Virus record (IMG/VR): IMGVR_UViG_3300045988_179945
Location: 1-64,000 of that record
DNA length: 64,000 nucleotides
Reading direction: 5' to 3' (one strand)
From: a virus
The notes beneath the pieces were generated by a model. The model saw only the letters and a list, made by a program, of their open reading frames with translations. It had not been told where the DNA came from and did no database searches. This document shows, one piece after another, positions 26,650 through 36,217 of this stretch; position 1 is the first letter of the stretch, and each line of letters begins with the position of its first letter. Made by a program: the position numbers and the translations under genes.

Positions 26650-29600
26650 ATACAAAATATCGAGACCCAGTGAGACGGGCTGGCGGAAGGAACCTGCTCG
26701 TCATTCTGATGTTGTGCATGGTCATGACATTGTTCGTATTACCTGACAGCGTGTTCGCCGCGCCGTCCGACGGTTCGATAACGACGGCGACATGCGCCAA
26801 CGGTGGGACGGGTGGTGCGACGTCGGACATCGCAAGCTGTCTTCCTTCCGGACGTTGGGGAAACTATGTAGGCGAAATCATTTCGCGTACCGAACCGTAC
26901 AGTGGCAGTGACGTCGCGGGCTGGTTCTCCAATGTCAAGCAGACCATCAATTCGCAGATGCATGTCGTTCTTCCCAACGTTCTGATGCAGTTGACTCAGG
27001 TCTGCTGGTCATCCGCATTGTCCATCAGCCAGTTCGCCGCTTCGTTCGAACCGATGAAACAGGCTGGCGCGAACATTGACTCCGCAGTGGCCACTCTGGT
27101 AACGAGTCTGATGAACGGAGGGATTCCCGCCACCATCGCAGTGCTGGGCATCGTCGCTTGGGTTGGCGCGGCCGGATTCCAAATCGGCACCGTCAAAGAG
27201 GCAAGCAAACGAATCATCATCATGGTTCTCTGCTTCGCTTCAATCACGATACTTGGCACGGGAGCCGCGAAAACGGGGAGAAACGCCACGGAACCTGCGA
27301 CCGGAAGCCCATGGTGGGTCGTGCAGACCATCAACAACACCATCAACAAACTGTCGGTCAATCTTGACCTTGACGGCATGGCCGACGGCGATAAGAATAT
27401 GATGTCCTATTACCATAGCGGCGATGGAGCAAAAACCAACTGTCAGGACTACCTGTACTACATGCATCAGGCGTATGACGAACAGGCCGCATCCTATGGC
27501 AATCAGGATACGAGCAACATCACCAAGGCCATCAACCGTATTTGGGAGGAGACGTCTCTTCGCTCGTGGGTGACCATGCAGTATGGAAACCCGCAGGCCA
27601 CCGGAACATCCTCGTTCCGAATCGCGGAGAACGCGCGGCAGGGATACTGCCACGTGTTGGAAATGAAAGCCAATACGAACACCACCATCCAAAAGGATTT
27701 GACCAACAAGGCCATGTCGTTGCATATCAGCGACCAGAGGGCTAAATGGCTGTTCTCTGTAGACGGTTGGGTTGACCCTCGTCACCCTTACTTCACCGAC
27801 AAGCCGTTGGAAAGGGAGAATGCGACGTATCTCAGCCGTGCGGGAGTGTTCTGGGAGACATGCGGAACGAAACGCAATCAGGAAATCTACGCACGTTCCG
27901 GCTGGGCCACGCTCATCAACAATCTTGGCGATGCGGGAACCAAGGACATAAAGAACGGCAGCACGAAGGTACGTGTCAAGATTAACGACTTGGACAATGT
28001 GAAACCGACTAACGGTGGCACGGGGTTGATGGACGCCAAACAGAGCGGAACCGAAGCCGAGACCATTCAACAGACCACATCGGTCTGCCAGACGATTCTC
28101 AAACAGGATTCCGCAATCTTCGCCCGTAGCTCCGACATCGACAAGAATGATGACGGCGGTTACAAAGACCAGCAGAACAACACCAATTGGGGTGATTCCG
28201 CAACGGTCGGCTGGCGTTTCGACGTGCCGAACGTTTCCGGAACTTGGAGCGAAGCCAATCTTCGTGACGCTCAGGATGATTCCACCGTCACAGGCGGCGC
28301 GAAGAAAACCCTCGACTACATGTACGGGAACAACAACGTTGACACGTTGGGGGCTTGCGGAAGTCTCCTTGGCGGCATCGTCAATCTTGTGGTCTGGGGA
28401 TTGTTGAGCCTTGTCCTCATCCTGACGAAGCTCATGCTGATAATGATGGCTTTGTTCCTCGTGGTCACGTTCCTCATCCAAGCGTTCCCTATAGGCGAGA
28501 AGCCGAAGAAGGCGTTGAAGAATTGGACCGCATACACATGCCAGTTGAGTATGGTCGGCGCATTGTATGGAGCGTTGGGCGCTCTCGCCACGTTCATCTG
28601 CGGTCTGACGTTGAAGTTCACGTCCGCCAGTAGCGGCTCGTTCACCTACCAGCTGATTGCGGGGGTGAGCCCGCTGCTGGCCTTCGCGTCCATAAGCATG
28701 TTCTGCTCAAAGGTGCTGAAGTGGGGTAATCCGTTCAGCATCAACGCCCTCATGGGCATGGCCGGAGGAACCGCCATGGCTTCCGGCATCCGCACCGGCA
28801 TGCGCATGATTGGACAGCACCGTATGATGCAAGCCATGCGTGGCGGCTTCCGTCGCGGAGGCGATGGTGCCGGACGCTTGTCCACGAACGGTACCGGCGC
28901 TGGCATGGCGCATAGCGGAGCACGTCAGAGCGCGACCGTCCTGAGCAAGATGAGCCGCGCACAGCAGGAGGCGTTGTCCAACGGCGACAGGAACCTGCTG
29001 AACCGTAGTCAGAGCGAATTCGAAGCGCTCCAATCCCACGGACGCAAGAGCAGGACGTGGGCAAGAATGGACGCCAACACGGTGAGGGGAAGTCTCGCCG
29101 GTGCTCGACTCCACATGGAAGAGTCCCACGACAAGTTCCGGCAACGGTTGAACACCGCCGCCTCCAAGTTCAAGGGAGCGGACAACACTGAAGCGTTCGC
29201 GCATCGTATCGCGCAACGTCATCCGGGCATGTCTCTCGACAAGGTTCAGCGTAGGGCGGAGATGATGAATCATCTGAACAATGCTGGACGTGCGCTTCAA
29301 GGTGCGGCCAGAGTCGCAGGGGCGGGTGCCGCAATGGGCGGAGCCGGTCTCGCGTTCGCCGTACGCGCAGCGAAGAGCGCTCCTTTGCGTAATGTCGCCG
29401 CACGCGGTGCGAAGGTAGCGGCTAAGGCCGCCGTCACCGGAGCTTTGTTCTCCAATCCGATTACCGCACCGTTGGGATTGGTCGCAGCCGGAAAGCTGGC
29501 CGCCGACCGTAACCTGCATCATGGTCTAGCGGTGGGTGCGGGAGCCGCGATGGACAAAATCCGCGACATCAGGAACGCCGCTCCCGGCAGTGTGAGGGAA

Positions 29601-30680
29601 CGCGACCAGTGGCGTCGCAACGTGTTGGGCATGGCTAATGGTGACGCTCCGTTGTCGTCTCCGTTCTCCGGCACCGGTGACGGTGGTTCCGCCAATGGTG
29701 ACAGTCCTATGCCTTCTCCGACAGCTCCGACTCCGAACACCCCGACCCAAACCGGTGGTGTCGGTGGCGCGTCGCCGATTCCGACTGACGCTCAGACCGA
29801 GACGATTCCGATTGACGGACAGACGGAAACGATTCCGGTGGGCACTCCAACTGAATCGGTTCCGGCCGACACTCAAGGACAACAGTCTCCGGTGTTGACT
29901 GAACAGTCCGCGTTCAATCAGGTTCGCGAGGGAATGATGGCAGATTTCACGAATAACCAGCACATGTCCCAAGAAGAAGCGGAACAAGCGTTCCAAGAGG
30001 CCGTCTCCTCCGGCGAGGTCGATAATTCCGTCCAAGCGTACATGCGCCAGAACAATCAATCCTCCAACGAGAACGTGACCGCCCAACCTGAAGCGGACGC
30101 CAACCAGCCGGTGTACAACACCGAGACGGGAGAGGTTGTCGGGGAGACTCTGCCGTCCGGAACGATGGACGCCGCCGTGTCCTCCGCCTCCACTTGGCAG
30201 AACGCGACCGGAAACACGACTCCGATTCCTGAATCGGTGAACGACGCACTGCAACAGGCGTACATGCGCGAGAATCCGGTGCAGCAGTCTCCGAAGGAGC
30301 ATTTGCGGATGGCGCAGGAGGAGTGGACTAGGACGACTGGTCTTCCGGGCGATATGATGCCTGCGAGTGCGGAACGTGCCATGAATCCGAATGGAATTCA
30401 GCCGAGTAGAGAATTCACGGTTGATTCCGGTCGGACGCAACAGCAGGGTTCGGTACAGGCGCAAGTTCCGCGACAGCAGTCTCAACCGCAGCCACAAGCT
30501 CAGGTAAGACAACAGCCGTCGGTTCGAATGCAACCGCCAGCCACACCGTCTCCGACCGTCAAACCGCCGGTGGACGCCAACCCGTCAAACCTGACAGGTT
30601 TCCCCGTCGTAGGCAATCTTCGTATGAAGAAACCGCCGACCGGAGGACAGCCGACATCCAAGCCGCCGTTCATGAAGTGA
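26646..30680 (+). CDS. large polytopic membrane protein (1344 aa), putative T4SS channel component (VirB6/TcpH-like)
   Basis: TTG start; signal peptide; about 600-aa exported domain; 5-6 TM helices; Pro/Gln-rich C-terminal tail. Architecture only. Confidence 0.55.
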   Translation: MNTKYRDPVRRAGGRNLLVILMLCMVMTLFVLPDSVFAAPSDGSITTATCANGGTGGATSDIASCLPSGRWGNYVGEIISRTEPYSGSDVAGWFSNVKQTINSQMHVVLPNVLMQLTQVCWSSALSISQFAASFEPMKQAGANIDSAVATLVTSLMNGGIPATIAVLGIVAWVGAAGFQIGTVKEASKRIIIMVLCFASITILGTGAAKTGRNATEPATGSPWWVVQTINNTINKLSVNLDLDGMADGDKNMMSYYHSGDGAKTNCQDYLYYMHQAYDEQAASYGNQDTSNITKAINRIWEETSLRSWVTMQYGNPQATGTSSFRIAENARQGYCHVLEMKANTNTTIQKDLTNKAMSLHISDQRAKWLFSVDGWVDPRHPYFTDKPLERENATYLSRAGVFWETCGTKRNQEIYARSGWATLINNLGDAGTKDIKNGSTKVRVKINDLDNVKPTNGGTGLMDAKQSGTEAETIQQTTSVCQTILKQDSAIFARSSDIDKNDDGGYKDQQNNTNWGDSATVGWRFDVPNVSGTWSEANLRDAQDDSTVTGGAKKTLDYMYGNNNVDTLGACGSLLGGIVNLVVWGLLSLVLILTKLMLIMMALFLVVTFLIQAFPIGEKPKKALKNWTAYTCQLSMVGALYGALGALATFICGLTLKFTSASSGSFTYQLIAGVSPLLAFASISMFCSKVLKWGNPFSINALMGMAGGTAMASGIRTGMRMIGQHRMMQAMRGGFRRGGDGAGRLSTNGTGAGMAHSGARQSATVLSKMSRAQQEALSNGDRNLLNRSQSEFEALQSHGRKSRTWARMDANTVRGSLAGARLHMEESHDKFRQRLNTAASKFKGADNTEAFAHRIAQRHPGMSLDKVQRRAEMMNHLNNAGRALQGAARVAGAGAAMGGAGLAFAVRAAKSAPLRNVAARGAKVAAKAAVTGALFSNPITAPLGLVAAGKLAADRNLHHGLAVGAGAAMDKIRDIRNAAPGSVRERDQWRRNVLGMANGDAPLSSPFSGTGDGGSANGDSPMPSPTAPTPNTPTQTGGVGGASPIPTDAQTETIPIDGQTETIPVGTPTESVPADTQGQQSPVLTEQSAFNQVREGMMADFTNNQHMSQEEAEQAFQEAVSSGEVDNSVQAYMRQNNQSSNENVTAQPEADANQPVYNTETGEVVGETLPSGTMDAAVSSASTWQNATGNTTPIPESVNDALQQAYMRENPVQQSPKEHLRMAQEEWTRTTGLPGDMMPASAERAMNPNGIQPSREFTVDSGRTQQQGSVQAQVPRQQSQPQPQAQVRQQPSVRMQPPATPSPTVKPPVDANPSNLTGFPVVGNLRMKKPPTGGQPTSKPPFMK

Positions 30681-30783
30681 CGTCGGTTTGACCATCCGGC
30701 GTCGAATGTTTTGAAAATCTTCAGCAGCATTCGACGCCGGTTTCCCTTTCGCAAAACCTTCCGACCGTCAAGGAGATTAGAAA

Positions 30784-31137
30784 ATGGAAGAGGTAGGAAA
30801 CCAAGCCGCCGATACCGCCGGGCAAACATTGGGCGACGTGCTCACCGTGTTCTTCTCATGGGTGTTCACGCCGACTGGCGCAATCCTCACACTGTTGATG
30901 ATTATTATTTGCGCTGGCAGCGCCGTGTTCGCCATCTTGCAGAAAAGCACTCGCGCGTTGATGACAGCGTTGACCATTTGCGCGTTCCTGCTGTTCGTGT
31001 GGATTATCACCGGCGTGCTGGAAGTGATGGGATTGCCGGTACGTCAGTGGATGCAGGATGTCGCGGCTCAATTGCCGGATATCGGCTCGCTGTTCATGGA
31101 GTTCCTGCGCCGTCTGGTGTTCACCGCGACTGAATAG
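30784..31137 (+). CDS. small membrane protein (117 aa, pilin-like)
   Basis: two TM helices. Confidence 0.45.
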   Translation: MEEVGNQAADTAGQTLGDVLTVFFSWVFTPTGAILTLLMIIICAGSAVFAILQKSTRALMTALTICAFLLFVWIITGVLEVMGLPVRQWMQDVAAQLPDIGSLFMEFLRRLVFTATE

Positions 31138-31321
31138 TTTTCGTCGCCGGACTTTCGGATGCCGTGTCCGTTTTTCTGCGGGCACGGCATTTTGTTTTCC
31201 TGTTTCGCCGTTCAGCCTGTATGCCGGTTCGCCGTTTTGTCGGAACGTTGATGGAAATGGTTTTATGGTTCGGCGTGCCGACTGTTCCACGTTGTTATCC
31301 TTGATTACGAATCCATACCCC

Positions 31322-31346
31322 CACTATGGTTTCGTCCACACCGAAA
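31322..31346 (+). promoter_or_regulatory. degenerate promoter motif copy upstream of parA
   Basis: CACTATGGTTTCGTCCACACCGAAA. Confidence 0.4.
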
Positions 31347-31366
31347 GCCGAAAAAGGAACACAGGC

Positions 31367-32029
31367 ATGAGAATCAAAAACGATACGGTCATCATCACCG
31401 TCGCCATCATCAAGGGCGGTTCAGGCAAAACCACTACGGCAATGGCATTGGCCGAACTGTTGCACAAGCGCGGCGAACAAGTCACGGTCTTGGATTCCGA
31501 CAACACGGGCGGCGCGACCATGTGGGAAATGTACGTCGAACAGGAAAACCGGCGACGTAAAACAGAAAACCCAGACGCGGAAGACTATCATCTCGGATTC
31601 CCCGTCGTGCAGACCAATGAGGCCGTATTGAACAATCCCGAACTCATCCGTGAAAAATATTCCGGCTGGGTCATCATCGACACCCCGCCATCCGACGCCG
31701 GTGTCGTACAGGCTGCGATAAACGCGGGAGACGTGGTGATAATCCCATGCCAGCCGTCCGTCTCCGATTTAACCCATGCCGGACGCACGTATGCGGCGGC
31801 ACGAAACGGCATCGTCCTGCTGACCCGCGTGAAACCGCGAACGAAACTCGCCCGCAACAGCATCAGCGAACTCGACGAGGAAGGCATCGCACGATTCGAA
31901 ACCGTCATCACGGAACGTGAGGCCATCAAGAACATGTATGGCACGACCGAAATCGACAACAAGGAGTATTCCAGCGTCGTGCATGAACTCATCGACTATC
32001 TGACGGCAATCAATCTGGTGGAAGAATAA
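31367..32029 (+). CDS. parA: ParA partition ATPase
   Basis: KGGSGKTT deviant Walker A at N-terminus; AAGGA RBS. Confidence 0.85.
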   Translation: MRIKNDTVIITVAIIKGGSGKTTTAMALAELLHKRGEQVTVLDSDNTGGATMWEMYVEQENRRRKTENPDAEDYHLGFPVVQTNEAVLNNPELIREKYSGWVIIDTPPSDAGVVQAAINAGDVVIIPCQPSVSDLTHAGRTYAAARNGIVLLTRVKPRTKLARNSISELDEEGIARFETVITEREAIKNMYGTTEIDNKEYSSVVHELIDYLTAINLVEE

Positions 32030-32056
32030 ACGGGAGCAGGGGAGCAGTAGACAATC

Positions 32057-32557
32057 ATGGTCAAGAACATCAGACGCAACGCCTTCGCCACGGGGTTGCA
32101 GGACAAGCGTGACATGCGCCCATTGGAGTCGCCGGAGATTGAACAATCGACGCCGGTCGTGGAACCACAGGCCGGACAGTCGGTGCAGGAGCCGACGGTC
32201 ATGGTCCAACCACAGGCTCCGATGGAATCGCAGAACATTCCGACAGCCGTGCAGACGCCCGTCCAGCCGGTCGTCACACAATCCATGCCTCACAACGTGG
32301 AGCCGACACAAGCCGTTCAACAACAACCGCAACCAGCCGTCGCCAACACAATCCAAGCCCAACCGGAAACGCACCAGCCGCCGAAAGAGAAACGAATCGG
32401 AAGCAACGTCACCGTCGAAAACTGGCGTGCATGGAAGATGAGAAGCATCGAATACGGGACGAAACAGGCTGTCCTGTTGAACGCCGCGATGGACTACTGC
32501 TTCCAGCAGGGGCACTTCGACCAGACGCTCATCGACAAATACGAGCAGAAGGATTAG
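32057..32557 (+). CDS. ParG-like (RHH) centromere-binding partner
   Basis: immediately downstream of parA; Pro/Gln-rich linker; C-terminal RHH-like segment. Confidence 0.5.
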   Translation: MVKNIRRNAFATGLQDKRDMRPLESPEIEQSTPVVEPQAGQSVQEPTVMVQPQAPMESQNIPTAVQTPVQPVVTQSMPHNVEPTQAVQQQPQPAVANTIQAQPETHQPPKEKRIGSNVTVENWRAWKMRSIEYGTKQAVLLNAAMDYCFQQGHFDQTLIDKYEQKD

Positions 32558-32678
32558 GCTCCGGTATATTAATTTTCGGATGAACAAAAAGACTTCATCG
32601 AAGTCTTCCAGATGGGGGCTGCTGCCTATTGCTGAACTGTTTTGTTTTCTTAAGTAATCCTATGTTATAATAAATCTC

Positions 32679-33272
32679 ATGTTGGTAAAGGAATGGGCCA
32701 GACTGGAAGGATTGCATCCGCAGACCGTGTGGAAATGGTGTCGTCAGGGCACCATGCCCGTTCCTGTGGAGCAGACGCCCACAGGCATGTGGCTCATCCA
32801 CGACCCGAAATACGAGACAGCATCGCAGCTGAATCCTGCGGATTCTCGCACCGTCTGCTACGCGCGAGTGTCCAGCGGCGACCAAAAGAACGACCTGCAA
32901 CGTCAGGCCGACCGGTTAAAAGCGTTCGCTCTTAGCATGGGCGTCGAACATCCCGAAATCGTCACGGAGACGGGTTCCGGCATGAACGACAAGCGACGCA
33001 AGCTCAACCGGCTATTGTCCGACCCGACCGTCGGCACGATAATCGTGGAGCATCGCGACCGGCTCGCCCGCATGAACATGGGACTCGTGGAGAGCGCGTT
33101 GAAGGCGCAGGGACGCCGAATCATCGTGGTGGATGACACGGAGCTGGATGACGATTTGGTACGCGACATGACCGAGGTGCTGACCTCGTTCTGCGCGAGA
33201 CTGTACGGACGCCGCGCAGCCAAACACCGTGCGGAGAAGGCGTTGGAGGCGATGCGCGATGAGCGCGTATGA
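32679..33272 (+). CDS. tnpA: IS607-family serine recombinase TnpA
   Basis: MerR-like HTH at N-terminus, catalytic VCYARVSSGDQ motif. Confidence 0.8.
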   Translation: MLVKEWARLEGLHPQTVWKWCRQGTMPVPVEQTPTGMWLIHDPKYETASQLNPADSRTVCYARVSSGDQKNDLQRQADRLKAFALSMGVEHPEIVTETGSGMNDKRRKLNRLLSDPTVGTIIVEHRDRLARMNMGLVESALKAQGRRIIVVDDTELDDDLVRDMTEVLTSFCARLYGRRAAKHRAEKALEAMRDERV

Positions 33273-34581
33273 GGCCGTTAGAATTCGGCTCGACCCAACC
33301 CCACGGCAGACACGGCTGTTGGAGTCCCATGCGGGTGGTGCGCGTTTCGCGTACAATCTGATGCTCGCGCACGTCCAGCGCCAAATCTCCTTGGGTGAGA
33401 AACCGGACTGGACGTTGTACGCGATGCGCCGCTGGTGGAACGAGTGGAAGGACGAAATCGCCCCGTGGTGGCGAGAGAACAGCAAGGAGGCGTATAGCAG
33501 CGCGTTTGAATGGCTGTCCCAAGCGTTGAGGAACTGGTCGGACAGCAGGAAGGGCAGGCGTGCGGGACGTAGGGTGGGCTGGCCGAAATACAAGTCGAAA
33601 CGCTCCAGTGTCCCGCGTTTCGCATACACGACCGGCAGCTTCGGCCTTATCGAGGACGACCCGAAGGCGTTGAAACTGCCACGCATCGGACGCGTACACT
33701 GCATGGAGAACGCCACCGAACGCGTCCACGGCAGACGAATCGTGCGCATGACCGTCAGTCGCCATGCGGGCTTCTGGTATGCGGCCCTCACCGTCGAACG
33801 TCCCACCGAAAGCGTTCCAGCGAAAAACAGAAAACAGGAGAACCGTAATCGTCAGGTCGGCGTGGATTTGGGCGTCAAGACCCTCGCCACCCTATCGGAT
33901 GGCACCACGTTCCCCAATCCACGCAACTACGTCCGCACGCAACGGAAACTCCGCCATGCCCAACAGTCGTTGAGCCGCCGCGATAGGGGCATGAACCATG
34001 GATGCGGGTCGAAACGGTACAACAGGGCGTTGGAGCGTGTGCGCCGAATCCACGCTCGCATAGCCGCCCAACGAGCCGACAACATCAGCAAGCTCACCAC
34101 ATGGCTTGCCGACAATTATTCCGACATCAGCATCGAAGACCTCAACGTGCAAGGCATGAGCCATAACAGGAGGCTTGCCAAACACATACTGGACGCGGAC
34201 TTCCACGAGTTCCGCCGCCAACTGACCTACAAGACCGCACGCACCGGCACGAGGCTCCATGTCATCGACCGCTGGTATCCAAGCTCGAAGACCTGCTCGG
34301 ACTGTGGGACGGTGAAAGCCAAGCTGTCCCTGTCCGAGCGTGTCTACCATTGCGAGGAGTGCGGGCTTGTCATCGACCGTGATGTGAACGCGGCCATCAA
34401 CATCCAAGTCGCCGGGAGTGCCCCGGAGACGTTAAACGCGCGTGGAGGAAGCATAAGACAGGCCCGCCCAAAAGGTGGGACAATGCGGCATCCGGCGAAA
34501 CGCGAACCAAGCGGCGGCGAGAGTCGCGTGAGACTTGGAGCTGGCCTTGGCAACGAGGCCATGCAGATGACTTCGCTCTAG
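33259..34581 (+). CDS. tnpB: TnpB (IS605 OrfB family RNA-guided nuclease homolog)
   Basis: OrfB N-terminal domain, RuvC-like core, C-terminal zinc finger CSDCG...CEECG; overlaps tnpA. Confidence 0.85.
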   Translation: MSAYEAVRIRLDPTPRQTRLLESHAGGARFAYNLMLAHVQRQISLGEKPDWTLYAMRRWWNEWKDEIAPWWRENSKEAYSSAFEWLSQALRNWSDSRKGRRAGRRVGWPKYKSKRSSVPRFAYTTGSFGLIEDDPKALKLPRIGRVHCMENATERVHGRRIVRMTVSRHAGFWYAALTVERPTESVPAKNRKQENRNRQVGVDLGVKTLATLSDGTTFPNPRNYVRTQRKLRHAQQSLSRRDRGMNHGCGSKRYNRALERVRRIHARIAAQRADNISKLTTWLADNYSDISIEDLNVQGMSHNRRLAKHILDADFHEFRRQLTYKTARTGTRLHVIDRWYPSSKTCSDCGTVKAKLSLSERVYHCEECGLVIDRDVNAAINIQVAGSAPETLNARGGSIRQARPKGGTMRHPAKREPSGGESRVRLGAGLGNEAMQMTSL

Positions 34582-34659
34582 CGACAAGCTAAAACAAAGT
34601 CATCTACAACGGCGGCACTCACAACAGAGCGTACGCCCATTGGTTTTTCTAAAACACAT

Positions 34660-35529
34660 TCAGGATACGAACGGGTTCATCGGCTCTTCATCATCTGCCA
34701 CGCCCGCGTCCGTGTCGGCATCATCGTTACCCGACTGGATGGAAGGGAGACTAGGACGGACTATGACGCCGGTTTCCGTGATTTCGACTTTCAGCTCCGG
34801 CCACGCGAGCTGAATCTTCTCCAACGCTCTCTTGAACTTGCGTTTGAATTCACGCATCGGATACCCGTCATACTTGAACTGCATCAACAGAGCTTCCCAT
34901 GTTACGCGGGTTTCACGTCGGGCACCGTTCGCGCGGAACGCGAGCCACTGGTACACGTCCAACGCGAGGGCGTCGCCGCGCAGTTGGCGGACGATGGACG
35001 GGTTGAGTGGTACGCAGTTCTCGGTCAGCAGCGCCCACATCTGGGGAGAGAATTCTATGAACGACTTCTTGTTTTCGTCTGTCCCGTAGTTGAGCGCCAC
35101 GGTGTTGGCGACAAAGAACGAGTGGGCTATGAATCCGTCTGCTGACCAGTTTTGGAGGATGATGGAAGTGGTGGCTAGATTCTTAACCATCTGCATCACA
35201 TTATCCTTGCTGGACCCCGAATAGTGGATTCCGGCATTCTTGCAGAACGAGCTATACGTGTCGTCCAAGTAGACGGTATGATGCTCCGCGTCCACGCAGT
35301 CGCTTCCATTCTTGATGAGCGAGCGAATGTGGAGGAGGAACATTCTGGGGGCAGCACCGTAAGCCCATTCGCCATTAGATGCCGAAACTGTGATTGACGA
35401 GCGTCCGTTGGTTTTCGTCACGCTGGGTGTAGTTGGTTTTGTCTGGGGGAGGAAGCTCAGCTTCGACATCACGGACGGCGTATAGCGGTATGAGTTGTTG
35501 TTGTCTGCGGGGACGATATCATGGTTCAA
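34660..35529 (-). CDS. rep: plasmid replication initiator (Rep, iteron-binding type)
   Basis: TTG start after AAGGAG; winged-helix-like C-terminus; sits next to the 22-bp iterons and an AT-rich region. Confidence 0.6.
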   Translation of the reverse strand: MNHDIVPADNNNSYRYTPSVMSKLSFLPQTKPTTPSVTKTNGRSSITVSASNGEWAYGAAPRMFLLHIRSLIKNGSDCVDAEHHTVYLDDTYSSFCKNAGIHYSGSSKDNVMQMVKNLATTSIILQNWSADGFIAHSFFVANTVALNYGTDENKKSFIEFSPQMWALLTENCVPLNPSIVRQLRGDALALDVYQWLAFRANGARRETRVTWEALLMQFKYDGYPMREFKRKFKRALEKIQLAWPELKVEITETGVIVRPSLPSIQSGNDDADTDAGVADDEEPMNPFVS

Positions 35530-35683
35530 GTGACCATAGCTCCTTTATGGTTGCCGACGCCCCGGCTGTTGACCCAGCGCGGGGTTTTCTTTTTCTTCGA
35601 TTCTAACCGGTGCTTCTGACCCTCCCGCTGTTGTATTCAACCTTTCGGGCGTGCGTGAGAAAGTGACACACAGAACATGAAAA

Positions 35684-35793
35684 AAGTTGGCACTTCTGAC
35701 ACGGAAAGTTGGCACTTCTGACACGGAAAGTTGGCACTTCTGACACGGAAAGTTGGCACTTCTGACACGGAAAGTTGGCACTTTCGACACGCT
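35684..35793. repeat. iterons: five tandem 22-bp direct repeats (AAGTTGGCACTTCTGACACGGA)
   Basis: four perfect copies and one degenerate copy upstream of rep. Confidence 0.9.
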
Positions 35794-35819
35794 TTCGACC
35801 CGAAACGCCTACTCCCATA

Positions 35820-35960
35820 AGGGATTCCGACACCTGCAAAAGGTATACAAAAGGTTACAAAAGATATTAATAACCCTTATATTCCCTTCTTTTTAAAAAA
35901 ACAGGTTTTTTCACAAAGAAGCAAAAAATCAAAAAATTGGAATAAAACCATTTTTCAGAT
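35820..35960. other. AT-rich DNA-unwinding element of oriV
   Basis: conspicuously A+T-rich stretch next to the iterons in a high-GC replicon. Confidence 0.6.
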
Positions 35961-36217
35961 TCCATGTTTGGTTAGGTCTGAACCCGCTTCAGGGTATCCT
36001 CAATGCTTCTAGAAAAATCAGGTCACGTGAACGTTAGACATGTCCGAATGCTTTCGACGGAAGAGAGAAAAAGAAAAGTTCCGGAAAAAGAAAAACAGAG
36101 AAGCCGACATCGGCGGCAGACACTTTTCCGAAAACCTCGAAGACAGTGAAATCAACCTCCGATGAACGGTAGACTGGAGGATGCAAGTCAGACGAAAAAC
36201 GGATTCGGAGCGGGACT

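Larger units (their letters stand above)
32679..34581 (+). mobile_element. IS607-family insertion sequence (minimum span)
   Basis: serine-recombinase tnpA overlapping tnpB; exact ends not determined. Confidence 0.7.

Noticed and set aside
35684-35793. Tandem 22-bp repeats considered as a possible CRISPR array
   Set aside because: The repeats are directly abutting with no spacers and sit beside a rep gene and an AT-rich region. They are iterons, not CRISPR.
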